Part shown: piece by piece, positions 62,622-64,000 of the stretch
How the letters are laid out: each line of letters begins with the position of its first letter
Numbering within the stretch: the stretch's first letter is position 1
Sequence record: NC_048045.1
Strand: one strand, 5' to 3'
Length of the DNA stretch: 64,000 nucleotides
The notes under the pieces: generated by a model
The model's input: the letters and a program-made list of their open reading frames with translations, nothing else
Databases searched by the model: none
What the model was told of the DNA's origin: nothing
Made by a program: the position numbers and the translations under genes

Positions 62622-64000
62622 CGAAGATATCCGGGTTGAGGATTTCGGGTTCCATGTCGATGAACGAGCCGTCGAGCTTGCCGGCGCGGCCAATGCCCGG
62701 CACCTGCGCGTGGTACGACATCAGGTCCATCTCGACACGGTGGCGTTGATAGTCAGCGTTCGCGTTGTAGCTGTATTTGTTGTGATACACCTTGACAGCA
62801 TGCTCAATGGTGTCCGAAGGCGGCGCGTAGCTGACCCCCCGCCCACCGCTGCCGAGATAGTCGTAGCGCGGGCTATGGCGGTGCCGCCCGAACTCGCGCT
62901 CGGACATCACTGCTTGTTGCTGCATCTGGTCGCGGAACTTGGTGTAGCGCGTCGACAGGGCGACGTGATAGGCGCTGACATCGGCCAGGAGCTTGATCAG
63001 GGGCTTGAACGATTTCTGCCCGTCCGAAAACTCGGTCACCGCGTCGACGAAGGCCTCCGCCGCCGCGACCGAACGTGGCGCGCCGCCCAGCCAGGACAGA
63101 AGCTGCCCAGGCTTGACGTCGTAGCAGGAGCCGTCGATCGCCCATCCCCGTTCCTGTTCGTCCCAGGTCCACTGGGCATTGTTCATCAGCGCCAGGACCC
63201 CGAACGGGTCGTAGCGATCCTTGCCGTCGCGCAGCACACCGAACCCGAACTTGGTCTTGGCCATCAGCGCCGTCCACTCGGCCATGATGCCCGCGTCGGC
63301 GTTCATCTGGCTGAGAAGCTGCTGGAGCCGCCGCACGTTCGCCGGGACGTCGGTGCTGACGCTGTCGCGCACGACCGACCCTTGGAACGTCGTCCAGGAT
63401 TCGAGGGTGCAGAACCGCTGGTGCAGGGGCTGACGGTCGTATTCCATGCGCACGTCGTCCAGGGCCGCGAACTGACCGGCGGAGCCGGGGAAGCCATAGC
63501 GATCCCGGCGGCGATAGTACATCCCGCCGCCGACCTTCATGATCGGCATGTCGTGGTAGGCTTCGAAGATGCTGCCCAGGTCGTGGTAGCCGTCGTAGTC
63601 CCGGCTCTTCTCCAGTTCGGCATCGGGGATCGCCCACAGACCCGTCCATTCGCCGTCCGGACCCCAGAGGAAGAGGTTGGCCATCGGCCCCATCTCATTC
63701 ACCGACGGCGTGCGATCCGGCAGGTAGGGCGCGAAGTGGTGAGCGTTCTTGTGGATGAAGTCGCGCACGTGAACTTCATAGCGATCGCGGGCGCGCCTTT
63801 CGCTGCGGTCGTACATCGAGTGATGAATGGAAGACATCTTGGTGTCCATGTACTTGAGGGGCGAGGCGGTCAGCCACCGCATCATGTCGCGTTGGTAGGG
63901 GCGGAGCGAAAGGCTCTGGTCCATGATCAGGTGGTCGCGCATGACCTGATCGGCGGTGCGCCCCTGGGCCTTGTGCGCGGTGATCACGAGGGTCCTCGCC
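62611..64000 (-). CDS. Hypothetical protein (frame open to the window edge; true start uncertain)
   Basis: At least 458 aa with GC3-rich codons; no recognisable domain. Confidence 0.6.
   Translation of the reverse strand, partial: ARTLVITAHKAQGRTADQVMRDHLIMDQSLSLRPYQRDMMRWLTASPLKYMDTKMSSIHHSMYDRSERRARDRYEVHVRDFIHKNAHHFAPYLPDRTPSVNEMGPMANLFLWGPDGEWTGLWAIPDAELEKSRDYDGYHDLGSIFEAYHDMPIMKVGGGMYYRRRDRYGFPGSAGQFAALDDVRMEYDRQPLHQRFCTLESWTTFQGSVVRDSVSTDVPANVRRLQQLLSQMNADAGIMAEWTALMAKTKFGFGVLRDGKDRYDPFGVLALMNNAQWTWDEQERGWAIDGSCYDVKPGQLLSWLGGAPRSVAAAEAFVDAVTEFSDGQKSFKPLIKLLADVSAYHVALSTRYTKFRDQMQQQAVMSEREFGRHRHSPRYDYLGSGGRGVSYAPPSDTIEHAVKVYHNKYSYNANADYQRHRVEMDLMSYHAQVPGIGRAGKLDGSFIDMEPEILNPDIFDDA

Noticed and set aside
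63850-64000. Helicase-like words (TAHKAQG, LRPYQ) at the window edge
   Set aside because: No other helicase motifs follow; too little context to call.

Overview
64 kb of a GC-rich, phiCbK-like (Caulobacter/Brevundimonas-type) large siphophage genome; the family assignment is inferred from gene content and order, not from a database search. Order: tail module (tape-measure C-terminus, GTA-like distal tail/hub/NlpC-P60/tail tip, two DUF2793-like fibre genes), lysis cassette, CI-like regulator, nucleotide metabolism (dut, nrdB-glutaredoxin, intein-split nrdA, thyX, dNMP kinase), replication/modification genes (RecD-like helicase, SSB-like, Cas4-like nuclease, DEDDh exonuclease, polA, two methyltransferases, T5 A1-like phosphoesterase), a 2 kb ORF-free RNA island, an 8-repeat cadherin-like protein, SNF2 helicase, HhH glycosylase, rIIB/rIIA, tyrosine recombinase, primase, YqeY-like protein and ATP-dependent ligase. 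The most striking signals are non-coding. (i) The RNA island at 38.2-40.3 kb holds a circularly permuted two-piece tmRNA with its own 19-codon tag and a 95-nt cloverleaf intervening segment, a roughly 630-nt end-paired structured RNA with its own promoter and terminator, two tRNAs (Cys-GCA and CAT) with long variable arms atypical for their anticodons, and further structured spacers. (ii) A separate roughly 270-nt GNRA-rich RNA candidate follows the lysis genes. (iii) A recurring promoter architecture (GTCGTGAATC fused to a TTGAC -35, often with CtrA-type TTAACCAT half-sites) could tie phage transcription to the host cell cycle. All structures were read by eye; none was confirmed by covariance models.
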